Of a stretch of 64,000 nt of DNA, positions 52,698 through 63,355 are shown in pieces. The notes beneath the pieces are model-generated. The model made no database searches and was not told the origin of the DNA. It saw nothing but the letters and a program-made list of their open reading frames with translations. The stretch comes from Lytechinus pictus (Eukaryota). Position numbers and translations under genes: made by a program. Within the stretch, counting starts at the first letter, position 1. Each line of letters starts with the position of its first letter. The stretch is from NCBI RefSeq assembly GCF_037042905.1, contig NC_087245.1, forward strand, positions 13,766,001 to 13,830,000, given 5' to 3'.

Positions 52698-53077
52698 GTG
52701 AGATTGGATGAAATATTCATGTTTGTATAATTTATTGCAATCTAGCAGATTCCCCTTTTAGCCAATGATAATTCAAATGTAGTTTCAAATGTTTGATTTA
52801 TGGAGTTTCTAGTCGTTTTTGAAAAATATGAACCAGGAATGACCTGAAGCAAGTTAGTCATAATTCATCATTACCTCTGATTAATGCATGGATGTTAAAT
52901 TGTTAGTTCATTTAATATTTCTATTTTGACATGACTAGGACTGATGAAATACATTAAACTAAAGCATAGACCTGATTTTTTATGACTTTTCAAGCATGAC
53001 TATTCTTTCTTAAATAATAATCAAGTAATAATGACAATATGACACTAACTATTCTATGCTTGTATCCACTGTGCAGA

Positions 53078-53206
53078 GTGCTTAGGGCATGTCATGTCAG
53101 AGAACTAGCTTTAGCTTGGCTGCGATCCTACCTCTTAAGCATTTCAAGAAATCAGTATTTCTGCCAGGTACCGTTCTAATACACCTGGGTCAAGTGCAGC
53201 ACAATA
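53078..53206 (+). ncRNA. Candidate intronic H/ACA snoRNA
   Basis: Hairpin 1 (TGCTTAGGG/CTCTTAAGCA), H box AAATCA at 53149-53154, hairpin 2 (GTATTT/AAGTGC and CCAGGT/ACCTGG), ACA at 53201-53203, about 90 nt before the acceptor. Confidence 0.5.
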
Positions 53207-53296
53207 TTGAGAAACTTCTTGCTGAAAGAAAGTATCCAATGTCCTTTTGATTGAAATCATTTAAAGTGGAGTTTTGGGGTTGTTGTTTTTTCACAG

Positions 53297-53360
53297 GAAC
53301 ATGACCTTTCATTTGATGACAGAGGTACAATGGTTTTGGGATGTGGTCCTTATCACATAG
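53297..53360 (+). CDS. CPS1: CPS coding exon 21
   Basis: [21 protein letters not shown](G). Confidence 0.95.
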
Positions 53361-53868
53361 GTAAGACGCAATTGAAGAAGCATTCAAATGAATGAGAACA
53401 AAATATTTTCAGTTGGATATTACGAGGTCTGTGAAACATGCTAAAGTTGAACCTATTTTCCTAATATTTATAGTTGTGAATCTCAAAAGAACTTGCTTAG
53501 TTGTAATTATGGTGAAAAGTAGATTTCATATCTTTAATCATTAAGAATTATGGATGGTTTTATTAACATGTCATTCAAGATATATAATTGACTTTTATTA
53601 AATGTGAAGTCCAGTTTCGGTAAGATCTCAAATCCTATATATATATATATGCAATATCTAGTTTAAGTTAGCAAGTAGCATGTGAAGGTTTTCCACGTCA
53701 AGTTGAGGCAAATGAGAGGGGATACTGCAAATTTCTACAATTTATTCGTGGACAACAAATTAAAATCTTGATTATGCATATAAAACCAAAGAGAGATCTT
53801 CTCCCCTCATAACACACACAAATCACTATGATTTCATACACATACAGCCCAGGGGTCAATTTCCTTAG

Positions 53869-54457
53869 AGGGATGGTCCGGGCTGAAAATATTTGTATCT
53901 AAATAAATAGAGAAAAACTTCACAGAGCAAAATGCTGAAAATTTCATCAAAATAGGATAACAAATAACAAAGTTATTGAATTTTAAATTTTATTAATATT
54001 TTGTGAAAACAGTTATATGCATGTAGTCATGAATATTCATTAGGTGGGCTGATGATGTCACATCCCCACTTTCCTTTTTCTTATGTTATTACATTAAATC
54101 ATAAATGTTTCATTTTTTCATACATGCGTAAATGACGTGTCTCCATTATGATGAAATAAGTTGCGGCAGTAAATAACTAATGTACTCACTCAGTTGTCAA
54201 TCCAATTGTTATAGTTCTTGGTAGAAAAATTTTGAATAAACCTAATTTCATATAATAAAATACAAAAGAAAAAGTGGGGATATGAAATCATCAGCACACC
54301 TAATGAATATTCATAAAGACATGCCTAGACCTGTTTCACCGGAATAATGAAAATATTCAAATTTAATAACTTGATTTTGATCAAATTTTCAGCATTTTGC
54401 TTTGTGAATTTTACTCTATTTATTGAGATATAAATATCTCCAACCTGGACCATCCCT
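53869..54457. mobile_element. MITE with long imperfect TIRs, related to the 22613 element
   Basis: ttag|AGGGATGGTCCGGGCTG ... CAACCTGGACCATCCCT|TTAA. Confidence 0.8.
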
Positions 54458-54561
54458 TTAACCGGGGTCAATACGGCTATTAGAAATTGGTGATATGACA
54501 TTTGCTCCTGCGACAATTGCTCCGGGCTTAATTTCATCTAAGATGTAGGGTTAGGGTTAGG

Positions 54562-56668
54562 TAATGTTGTAAATCGGATCAAAAATCAGATCGAAAATCG
54601 GATCGGCAGTTAAGCTTCTAAAATCGAAATCGAATCGAAAATCGAATCGGCGATGTTTAAAAACAAAGGAATACATCAACATTTTGTTCGCGGTCGCGCG
54701 CATCTTCCTGACAAAGTCACAAAGACGAATGTTTAGGAATGGAAGTACAGGTACCGGTAGTCGACATGCGCGTTCGTTTGGAACATGCTTTTAAAGGGTT
54801 TTGAGGTTTAACTGCTTAACAATAAAATGAGTGATTTTTATTAGAAAGATAAACGAATGACGCATCTTCCGAGCAGTCGCAAAGGAAAATAATTCTCGTA
54901 GATCACAGGTCAATGAACGATCGGCGGGACATCTTTTATAAGTATTTTTATGTGAAGCTGAGCTCAGCTAAGTTCGCTCATTATAATATGTGATTACAGC
55001 CACGCCCAATAACCATTCCAAAGTACACCCATTTTGTTATAATAGCTTACTTGGTACATCATTTCTCCGAATCAGTTCTGGGAAAAGTTAAGTCACGCCT
55101 CAGTATCGATCTTTTTGTATACCCACCCACTCAACAATATCAGTGAATTACGCAATGCGCGCAAGCATTCACACAATACAAGATAGTTTTGTGGCATAGC
55201 CGAGAACTGGAACCGCCCAGACTCAACGGGCTAGCGCAAAATTCTTTACACTACCTTTTGGCATGTGCACGTGGTGGGTTTGATTGACACTGCTAACAGT
55301 GCTATTCTTTGAGTTGGCTCACTGGCTGGATTAATGACAATATATCACTGCAAGTATGGCTTACATGATACATACAACACGCAACACATCCATACACACT
55401 GCTCTCAAACTCCCTTGCTATTATTCGTACCTAGGCCGTGTGTGCACTTATGGGCGGGATTTAAGCAGGGCATTGACTAGCATATACAACACATCCATGC
55501 ACCCAGCATTCATATACATTTCTCAAACTCCCTTGCTATTCGTCCATTGTGTGAACTCATGGGCGGGATTATGACAAAAATTAGCGCAAGCACTAGCATA
55601 CGTAACACACACAATACATTCCTGCACCCACGCGGTCACACATAGCTCTCAAACTCCCTTGTCATTCGTCCATTGTATTCACTCATGGGCGGGATTTATC
55701 AGCGTAAGCACTAAGCATACATAATGCGTACAACACATTCATGCAGTCACACACAGCTCTCAAACTCCCTTGCTATTGGTCCATTGTATTCACTTATGGG
55801 CGGGATTTATCAGCATAAGCACTAGCATACATAATGCATACAACACATTCATGCACCCATGCAGTCACATACAGCTCTCAAACTCCATTGCTATTGGCCA
55901 TTGTGTGCACTCATGGGCGGGATTATGACAAAAATTAGCGCAAGCACTAGCATACGTAATACACACAATACATTCCTACACCCACGCGGTCACACATAGC
56001 TCTCAAACTCCCTTGTCATTCGTCCATTGTATTCACTCATGGGCGGGATTTATCAGCGTAAGCACTAGCATACATAATGCGTACAACACATTCATGCAGT
56101 CACACACAGCTTTCAAACTCCCTTGCTATTGGTCCATTGTATTCACTTATGGGCGGGATTTATCAGCATAAGCACTAGCATACATAATGCATACAACACA
56201 TTCATGCACCCATGCAGTCACATACAGCTCTCAAACTCCATTGCTATTGGCCATTGTGTGCACTCATGGGCGGGATAAATGACAAACACAGTACAAGTAC
56301 ATGTTCATTGTTTGTATATTATACAATACATTCATTCCAAGTTGAAGTTACACTCCCGCCATACCAGTCAGCGCAGCTACCGGTAGGTCATCATAAGTAG
56401 GTCAACCTTTTATGAGTCATTTCTGACATTCTAGGAATCTCGATTGTTCGAACTATTCGATTGTTAAAAAGCTCTAAATAGCTAGCACCTCTGCAAGAAC
56501 AATCTTGAAATATGTTCTGACCGCACTGTAACTAGATCTACAGGTATGCCGATTTTTTATATCCGATTTTTTCCTTCAAGGGGCATGATCGAAGATCGGC
56601 AAGTGATCGCCGATTGTTGTGAAATCGAATGGAATCGGTTGCCGATTGCAAAATCGGTTACAAGCTTA
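54562..56668. mobile_element. hAT-like non-autonomous element with an 8-bp TSD, carrying a satellite array
   Basis: GGGTTAGG|TAATGTTGTAAATCG ... CGGTTACAAGCTTA|GGGTTAGG; clustered AATCG/CGATT motifs near both ends. Confidence 0.8.
55365..56290. repeat. ~110-126-bp tandem repeat, 8 units, with a ~354-bp three-monomer higher-order period
   Basis: GGGCGGGAT anchors at ~55452, 55561, 55687, 55798, 55915, 56041, 56151 and 56268. Confidence 0.92.
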
Positions 56669-57090
56669 GGGTTAGGTATAGGGTAGGGTATAGTGTTAAA
56701 TCCAGGGTTGAAGTTGGTCATTCCATTAGTGAGTGGAATTTAGAGCGGAGCAATTGTCGCTGGAGCAAATGACATGAAACCTACAAATTGCTTTGTTTTC
56801 AGTATTGGATTAAATCTTATTTCTAGTCATGAGTAAAACTTCAGTCCAAATTGAATTCACTTCAATTGAATTTAAGTGCTTTAATTAGTATATGCAATGT
56901 ATGAGGTATTAAATCTCCCACATGAAACTATGTAATAGGGTAAAAATGTTAATAACTGTTGCCAATTTGAGGAGTATCAGCAGATTAATTTAGATCTCGA
57001 GAAATATGTATGCCTCTATGATGTAATTGAACTCACTGGTATGACTTGTTACTTATTCAAAGCTTTCCTCTTGAATACCTATTATAACAG

Positions 57091-57272
57091 GAAGCAGTGT
57101 AGAGTTTGACTGGTGTGCAGTGTCCAGCATCCGGTCACTGCGTGAGTTGGGCCGTAAGACAGTAGTGGTCAACCATAACCCCGAGACGGTCAGTACAGAT
57201 TTTGATGAGTGCGACCGTCTCTACTTTGACGAGCTGTCCAGGGAAAGGGTGCTGGACATTTACCAGCATGAG
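57091..57272 (+). CDS. CPS1: CPS coding exon 22
   Basis: [20 protein letters not shown]...[17 protein letters not shown]...YQHE. Confidence 0.96.
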
Positions 57273-57660
57273 GTATGATAACATTGTATGATTCTCAGTT
57301 TAGATTTAATCAATCTTTTTCATGATTGTTGTAGTTTCAATTATGATTTGTATATTTTCAGTGCACACATAGTATTTTCTATGGTAGTCTAGAGAGCATG
57401 ACCTAATTTTCAACTTCCTTTCCTCAGTATGATTTATGTATGCCTGTAAGGGATGTAATTGATAAATATTTGATAAGTATCATGTGATCAATTTATCCCT
57501 ATAAAATTTTGTCCTATTCTTAATGAATTGTATCAATTATTTCAAATATAGGTACATCAACACTTCTATAATTCTATATTGTTTTTGTTATGATAAATTT
57601 GTAGCAATGGACTTATCTACCATGGCAATAAACATAATGTATATATAATGACCAGACACT

Positions 57661-57730
57661 GCGATGATGAATATTAATCTGTCAATCCACAGAAGTCATT
57701 TGTGTTGATACATCCATCCTTATTCTGACC
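57661..57730 (+). ncRNA. Intronic C/D-box snoRNA, copy 2 (18S rRNA guide, SNORD110-like)
   Basis: Box C aTGATGA at 57664-57670; guide AATCTGTCAATCC at 57676-57688; D' CAGA; box D CTGA at 57725-57728; flanking stem CAGACA/TGTCTG. Confidence 0.85.
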
Positions 57731-57899
57731 TTTGTCTGATCAGTCATGCATCATGCTATTTCTTCCCTTTAAAAGGAAGTGCTATGGTACACCTCACTGA
57801 TTCTTTAGCATTGTGGATAAATATGCAGTACTTAATAACGTAACTATTGAATTGCTTTTACATAGTTATTCATCTGGTTATTGTATTTTGGTTCTCTAG

Positions 57900-58024
57900 G
57901 GTTGTACAGGAATGATCATCTCAGTGGGTGGACAGATACCCAACAACCTGGCCCTACCCCTGTATAATGATGGTGTCAATATCCTAGGAACCAGCCCTCT
58001 ACAGATCCATGCTGTGGAAGAGAG
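57900..58024 (+). CDS. CPS1: CPS coding exon 23
   Basis: [22 protein letters not shown]...[13 protein letters not shown]. Confidence 0.95.
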
Positions 58025-58247
58025 GTAAGTGATCATCTGGGGAAATGCAGCATTTAATTCTTTATCAAACAAATAATGTATCAGGGGGCATTGGGGAGGG
58101 AAGATGCAAGGTAGATAAATCAGGGAATAATTTTTATTGTCAAATTTGATTAGTTGCTTTGTGGGATAGAGTAAAGATTTGGAATTAGATTTTTTTTTTA
58201 TAAATCTTGTGTTAAAATCTTCCATACATAAAAAACAAACATTTTAT

Positions 58248-59982
58248 TAGGAGTGGGCTATAAATGGGTGATATTTAGTTTTACTGTGGCAACAGTTTTT
58301 TTGTATTCCTTTTACCTTATCTCAACATGAAATAACAATGTTTTTTGTCTCGGGTCCGAGAAAAAAGTGTGCCGGGCCAAAATCCAAAATGGCCGCCAAA
58401 ACCCCCCAAAATCACAGTTTTGGCCACAACTTCTTTATTTGGTGGTCTTTTTCTCTGGTTTTGGTGTCTATTCATCTGTTTTTGGGGGCTAGGCAATTTG
58501 TTTTTCCTAAAATTAGTACTTATAAACCATTATTTGTAGAGTTAAAAGGTGACTTTACTTAAATTTACAACTTTTTAGACCCTTTTTCAGCCAAAAAATT
58601 AGGTTTCATTGTCTCATGGTTCTTGGATATTAGATGACACCAGTTGAGAAGTAGTAAGCAGCTTCTTATAGCTATATTGCTTTTATTCTTCTAAATGGTG
58701 TTTTACAGATATTTGCGAAATATATCTTATCAAATAAAAAGATGTCATCTATCCATACGGGCTATATACAGTGTAGTACAATGTATTGTACATACTACAC
58801 TGCATATATCCATGCATTGAGCCATTGACCACCATGACATACATGTATAACAAGTCCTGTATATAAACTATAGTGTCATAGAAGTGAGCTCCTGAGGATT
58901 AGAATTAGATTGTCACTTGTGAATTTGATTGCTTGTTAGCTGATGTACATACTGTACATGATGTAACCTGATGATAAACATAAATTGCACATAAACATCA
59001 TGTACATGTACATCACATTTCTAGCCATATCTTCTTCATTTGGAGGCTTGTTTTTACCTGGTTGTGGTGTCTAACCCTATGTTTATGGGGTCAGGTACAA
59101 TGGTAACGCTGATCAACAGCCAATCAGAATCAAGTATTCCATGCAAGTTACCATTGAATGGCAAAGTTACCTTAATGGTAACAGAATAGCCACAGTGTAA
59201 ATGCCAGAATGTGTGGTTGACTATAATCCATCGTTAATGATATTTCCTCTCTCCGCCCCCTGCATGAGCATATATGACAAAACATGTCTTCAATTTCTGG
59301 GGCAAAACATACAGCATCTTCAATTTCTGAGGCATTTAATTCAAGAGCTCATTTCTATGACACTATAGTTTATCCTACAGACGATGGTCAATGCAAGGAC
59401 ATACATGTATGCAGTGCAGTATGTACAATACATTGTACATTAACTATATATACATAGTAGCCCCTATGGATAAATGACGTTTTTTCATTTAATAAGATAT
59501 ATTTCGCAAATATCCGTAAAACACAAAGTAGAGGAATAAGAGCAATATAGCTATATGAAACTACTTGCTATTGTTGAATTCGTATTGTCCAATACCCAAG
59601 AACCACAAGACGATGAAACCCAATTTTTGGCTGAAAAAGGGTCTAAAAATCTGTATATTTAGGTAAAATCACCTTTTAACTCGACAAATAATGTTTTTTA
59701 GTACAAATTTTAGGTAAAACAAATTGCCTACCCCTAAAAACATATGAATAGACACCAAAACCAGAGAAAAAGACCAAAAAATAAAGAAGTTGTGGCCAAA
59801 ACTGTGATTTTGGGGGGTTTGGGCGGCCATTTTGGATTTTAGCCCGGCACACTTTTTTCTCGGACCCGAGACAAAAAATATTGTCATTTCATGTTGAGAT
59901 ACATTACAAGGAATAAATAAAAACTGTTGCCATATTAAAATTACAAAAAAAGTATTTTTGACCCATGTATAGCCCACTCCTA
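58248..59982. mobile_element. Fold-back element with ~650-bp inverted arms and a 7-bp flanking duplication
   Basis: ATTTTAT|TAGGAGTGGGCTATA ... TATAGCCCACTCCTA|ATTTTAT; arms ~58248-58900 and ~59337-59982. Confidence 0.85.
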
Positions 59983-60295
59983 ATTTTATGTTGCAATCAT
60001 TTTTGAAATGCAAAGGAAATATTTCATAAAACTCTACAAAATTTCCACATTTTTAATATAACATTTAACTCTATAGTTAAACAGATCAAGATAAACATGA
60101 CATGGATAGGAATCATATCCATCATTCTGTAAATTTGTTCTGCAGTTCTCACATTTTGTTGATAAAGAAATGATGGGTAACATCAGCTCAAGAGAAGTAT
60201 TTTTAAAGATTTTCTTTATGGCTTTGTCAGAAAGTTTTGAATCTCACTTGTGCCGAAGATATTGTCATATTAGTTTATTTGTAATCATGTTATAG

Positions 60296-60365
60296 GTCGA
60301 TATTCTCTGCCATTCTTGATGATCTGAATGTTGATCAAGCCCCTTGGAGAGCCCTTTCATCATTG
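60296..60365 (+). CDS. CPS1: CPS coding exon 24
   Basis: SIFSAILDDLNVDQAPWRALSSL. Confidence 0.93.
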
Positions 60366-60455
60366 GTAAGCTTGCCTCATTGACTTATTCTGAGAGACTT
60401 GACGGATACATCAGTTTCCCATTCTTGATATCTTAAATGGAGGTGTAACTGGCCA

Positions 60456-60617
60456 GGGGGCTGTTTCATAAAAATGTTTGCAAGTTGAGAGCGACTTTTA
60501 GAACGACTGGTGATCCTTTCTTACGCGCTGAACTATCGCCAATTAATATACCATTAACCACAAGAAAGGACCACCAGTTGGTCGCTCTTAACTTTCGAAC
60601 AGCTTTATGAAACACCC
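60456..60617. mobile_element. Short MITE
   Basis: gggggctgtttcataaaa..gagagcgac / gtcgctctt..ctttatgaaacaccc. Confidence 0.6.
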
Positions 60618-60839
60618 ACCAAATGTACAAATATTTAGTTTTACTGATGATTTATTATCTATAAAATACTTACTGCATTGTATATCAGATATGTTAACTG
60701 TCAAAGCCCTCATAAAAATGATTATTATGAATTCAAATTTTTAAATTGAAATTCCTGAATGAGAAAAGATATCTGAAATGAAATGCAAAAGTAAGAAATT
60801 GATTATTTTCTCTTCATTTTGTATTTCTTTTATTTACAG

Positions 60840-60907
60840 GATGAAGCCTTGGAGTTTGCCGCAAGTGTTGGATACCCCTGTCTTCTCAGACCTTCATTTG
60901 TTCTAAG
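60840..60907 (+). CDS. CPS1: CPS coding exon 25
   Basis: [23 protein letters not shown]. Confidence 0.95.
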
Positions 60908-60988
60908 GTAAATAGAAGAAAACCAAATTGCTTTGTAAAGCAACAACATGACTGATGTTGTTTGAAGGTTTGCATGGTGGCATGTACA

Positions 60989-61176
60989 ATCGCTGATGTG
61001 GTTTATGGTACACCATGTGGAGTGTTATAGAAACAGTGGATAGAAGAAGAGAAGGACTACTTTCAAGAAAGAATACTCTACTCTCAAATCTCCACTTTCT
61101 CGCCTATCCATTTCTTCTCTTCTATCCAATGTTTCTATAACACTCCACATGGTGTACCGTAAACCACATCAGCGAT
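60989..61176. mobile_element. Near-perfect hairpin MITE (~60-bp arms)
   Basis: ATCGCTGATGTGGTTTATGGTACACCATGTGGAGTGTTATAGAAAC / GTTTCTATAACACTCCACATGGTGTACCGTAAACCACATCAGCGAT. Confidence 0.8.
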
Positions 61177-61303
61177 AACAACATGTCTCTCGTATTAAGG
61201 AACCCAGTCACAAAGAGTTCAGTGTGACTGAAAGTTGTGCTTCAGTGCCGATGCACACATCTTCTACCATCAAGCTCATTAATGAATATAGATCAGCGGG
61301 TGT

Positions 61304-61702
61304 CAGGGTGTCCAGCCCATCAGGGAAATCAGGGAAAATTATTTTACTTTTTTCAAGTTAGGGAAAAATCAGGGAATTTGATTTTAAAAATACCTCAAAT
61401 CAGGGAAAAATGCCTGAAATAAGGGAAAAATCAGGGAATTTTGATCAGCCCAAAAGTCAAAGCATGGTAGTCAGTCAGGCTCTGTTATATTTTGTTGCAT
61501 ATCAGAACAGCATCCATTGAATGACTGGTTATGGTGGTACTAATTAGTTTTACATTATTGTTTTTATACTAAAAATGTAATTCACTGCAACAACTTGCGA
61601 AAACATGCGAAACTGGGAATGGGTTTAAATAATCATGTTTGTTTTAAACCTCATCAGGGAAAAATCAGGGAATTTTGTTTTCTTGAAAAGCTGGGAACCT
61701 TG
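61304..61702. mobile_element. hAT-like MITE with a 6-bp TSD
   Basis: GGGTGT|CAGGGTGTCCAGC ... GCTGGGAACCTTG|GGGTGT; many TCAGGGAA subterminal motifs. Confidence 0.75.
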
Positions 61703-62100
61703 GGGTGTTCTTGAGGCATGATCTTAGGATTGCAGTGATGTGTTATATCCCACTCACAACTAGGAATTCAAGGGTGATTTCAATTTTCAATGATTACAAT
61801 GTAACTATCACTGAACTCTGAAACCTTCAAACATTTACATTATGTCATAAAATGACATAGTAATCATATTTTGTTTAAAAAAATTTCCAGGATATTTTCA
61901 ATTAATGAATAGATATGTACTGGTGTACAGCATGCATATAATATCTTACTCATGATTTCTGCAAAAATAATTAAATGAAAAAGTTAAGCAAAATTTCTTG
62001 GTAGAAACGTCCTCTCACTTATTGACCGAGTTCTGTGTAAATTTTTTGACCTCTTCTGCGTAAAGCAGTACATATAACTCAAGATCTCTTTTCTTTTCAG

Positions 62101-62254
62101 TGGGTCAGCAATGAATGTTGCCTTTGGACCAGAGGAGCTCAAACGCTTCTTAGAGGAAGCTACAAAGGTATCCCAAGAACACCCTGTTGTCATCACTAAG
62201 TTCATAGAGGGCGCTAGAGAGGTAGAAATGGATGCTGTGGCCAGGAACGGAAAG
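62101..62254 (+). CDS. CPS1: CPS coding exon 26
   Basis: GSAMNVAFG...[26 protein letters not shown]. Confidence 0.95.
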
Positions 62255-62542
62255 GTGAGTGATAAACATTTATCAAAATCTCTTAAATATTTGTGCCCAT
62301 TCCAGTTTTAGTTTGCCAGTATATGGCTTGTCTTTTCAAGTCTCAGTGCAATTTTATAATGAACTGATGTATCATATTTAAACTTCAGAAACATTATTCT
62401 TTTGAATTGTCAAATCCACTGCATTATTTTTTGGTCAAATTTTTTCATGTGCACATCACTAATATAACCTTGCATTGTGTGAGGTATGAGACAATGAGAT
62501 TGCAGATTTGGTAATGTTTAAAATTCTGTGTACTTTTTACAG

Positions 62543-62650
62543 GTTGTTGCTCATGCAGTGACAGAGCATGTGGAGAACGCAGGGGTACATTCGGGAGATG
62601 CTACTCTCATCTTACCCCCTCACACACTAACGGATGAACAACAGAGGAAG
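62543..62650 (+). CDS. CPS1: CPS coding exon 27
   Basis: [36 protein letters not shown]. Confidence 0.95.
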
Positions 62651-62707
62651 GTGAATAGAATTTGAAATATGGTGATGAAAGCACTCTGGTTGAATGAATG
62701 AAAGTCG

Positions 62708-62766
62708 TGGTAATGATGATTAAGATAATTATGATGATGATGATGATGGCAATCATAATGATGATA

Positions 62767-62814
<48 letters not shown>

Positions 62815-63086
62815 GTAATGGTAATGATGATGATAATGATTGTAATGGTAGTTATGATGATAATGGTGGTAATGATGATGATAATAACGATGACAAAGTG
62901 ATGATGATGATGATGTTGATGATGGCAATCATAATTATGATGATGGTAATGGTAATGATGATGATAATAATTGTAATGGTAATCATGATAATGATGGTGA
63001 TGATGATGATGATTATAATGATGACAAAGTGATGATGATGATGATGGTGGTGGTGATGGTGATGATGATGAGGATGATGATGATGG
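62708..63086. repeat. (GAT/AAT/GGT)n trinucleotide microsatellite
   Basis: Direct inspection. Confidence 0.97.
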
Positions 63087-63265
63087 AAAAGACAACATTG
63101 GAGGTTTATAAAGAGGATGATGATGGTGATGTTTGAAATTTAAAAATTTACCATTGCATGCATGGTTGCCGTTCCTTTTTCACTCTCATGACATATTTCT
63201 TAAGGATTTTGTTTAAAAGGTTATGAAGAAATTGAATAGTATTATGTATACTTTACATTATTCAG

Positions 63266-63355
63266 GTGAGAGAAATGACGGCCAAGATTGCTCAGCGTTT
63301 CCAGATCTCTGGACCATTCAACATTCAGTTCTTAGCCAAGGACAATGAAGTCAAG
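63266..63355 (+). CDS. CPS1: CPS coding exon 28 (last in window)
   Basis: VREMTAKIAQRFQISGPFNIQFLAKDNEVK. Confidence 0.93.

Larger units (their letters stand above)
54489..56781. mobile_element. Small TTAGGG-containing element split by a hAT insertion
   Basis: Inverted ends GACATTTGCTCCTGCGACAATTGCTCC / GGAGCAATTGTCGCTGGAGCAAATGAC. Confidence 0.75.
29104..63355 (+). other. CPS1: Gene span: mitochondrial carbamoyl-phosphate synthetase (CPS1 orthologue, glutamine-dependent CPS III type); 28 coding exons in the window, 3'-incomplete
   Basis: Exons splice in frame to 1250 aa colinear with vertebrate CPS1, including CPS1-type motifs [17 protein letters not shown] and [10 protein letters not shown], with an N-terminal transit-peptide-like exon. 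This favours CPS1 over CAD. Confidence 0.95.

Noticed and set aside
54545..54563. Interstitial telomere
   Set aside because: Only 2-3 TTAGGG-like units, which are part of a small dispersed element
55365..56290. CRISPR-like array (also considered for 38470-39160)
   Set aside because: Whole units repeat with no unique spacers; eukaryotic intron, no cas genes
58338..60013. Similar ORFs on opposite strands (58338+ and 59669-)
   Set aside because: They are the two arms of the fold-back element; no transposase motifs
61732..61825. C/D-like GTGATGT ... CTGA segment
   Set aside because: Imperfect box C, no terminal stem and no recognisable guide
62607..63098. His/Ile/Met homopolymer ORFs
   Set aside because: Translations of the (GAT)n microsatellite
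63261..63271. CAG|GTGAG as a recursive splice site
   Set aside because: Explained by the Val-Arg codons at the start of a required exon after a short intron
29104..63355. CAD (CPS II) assignment
   Set aside because: Transit-peptide-like first exon and CPS1-type motifs ([21 protein letters not shown]) favour the CPS1/III lineage
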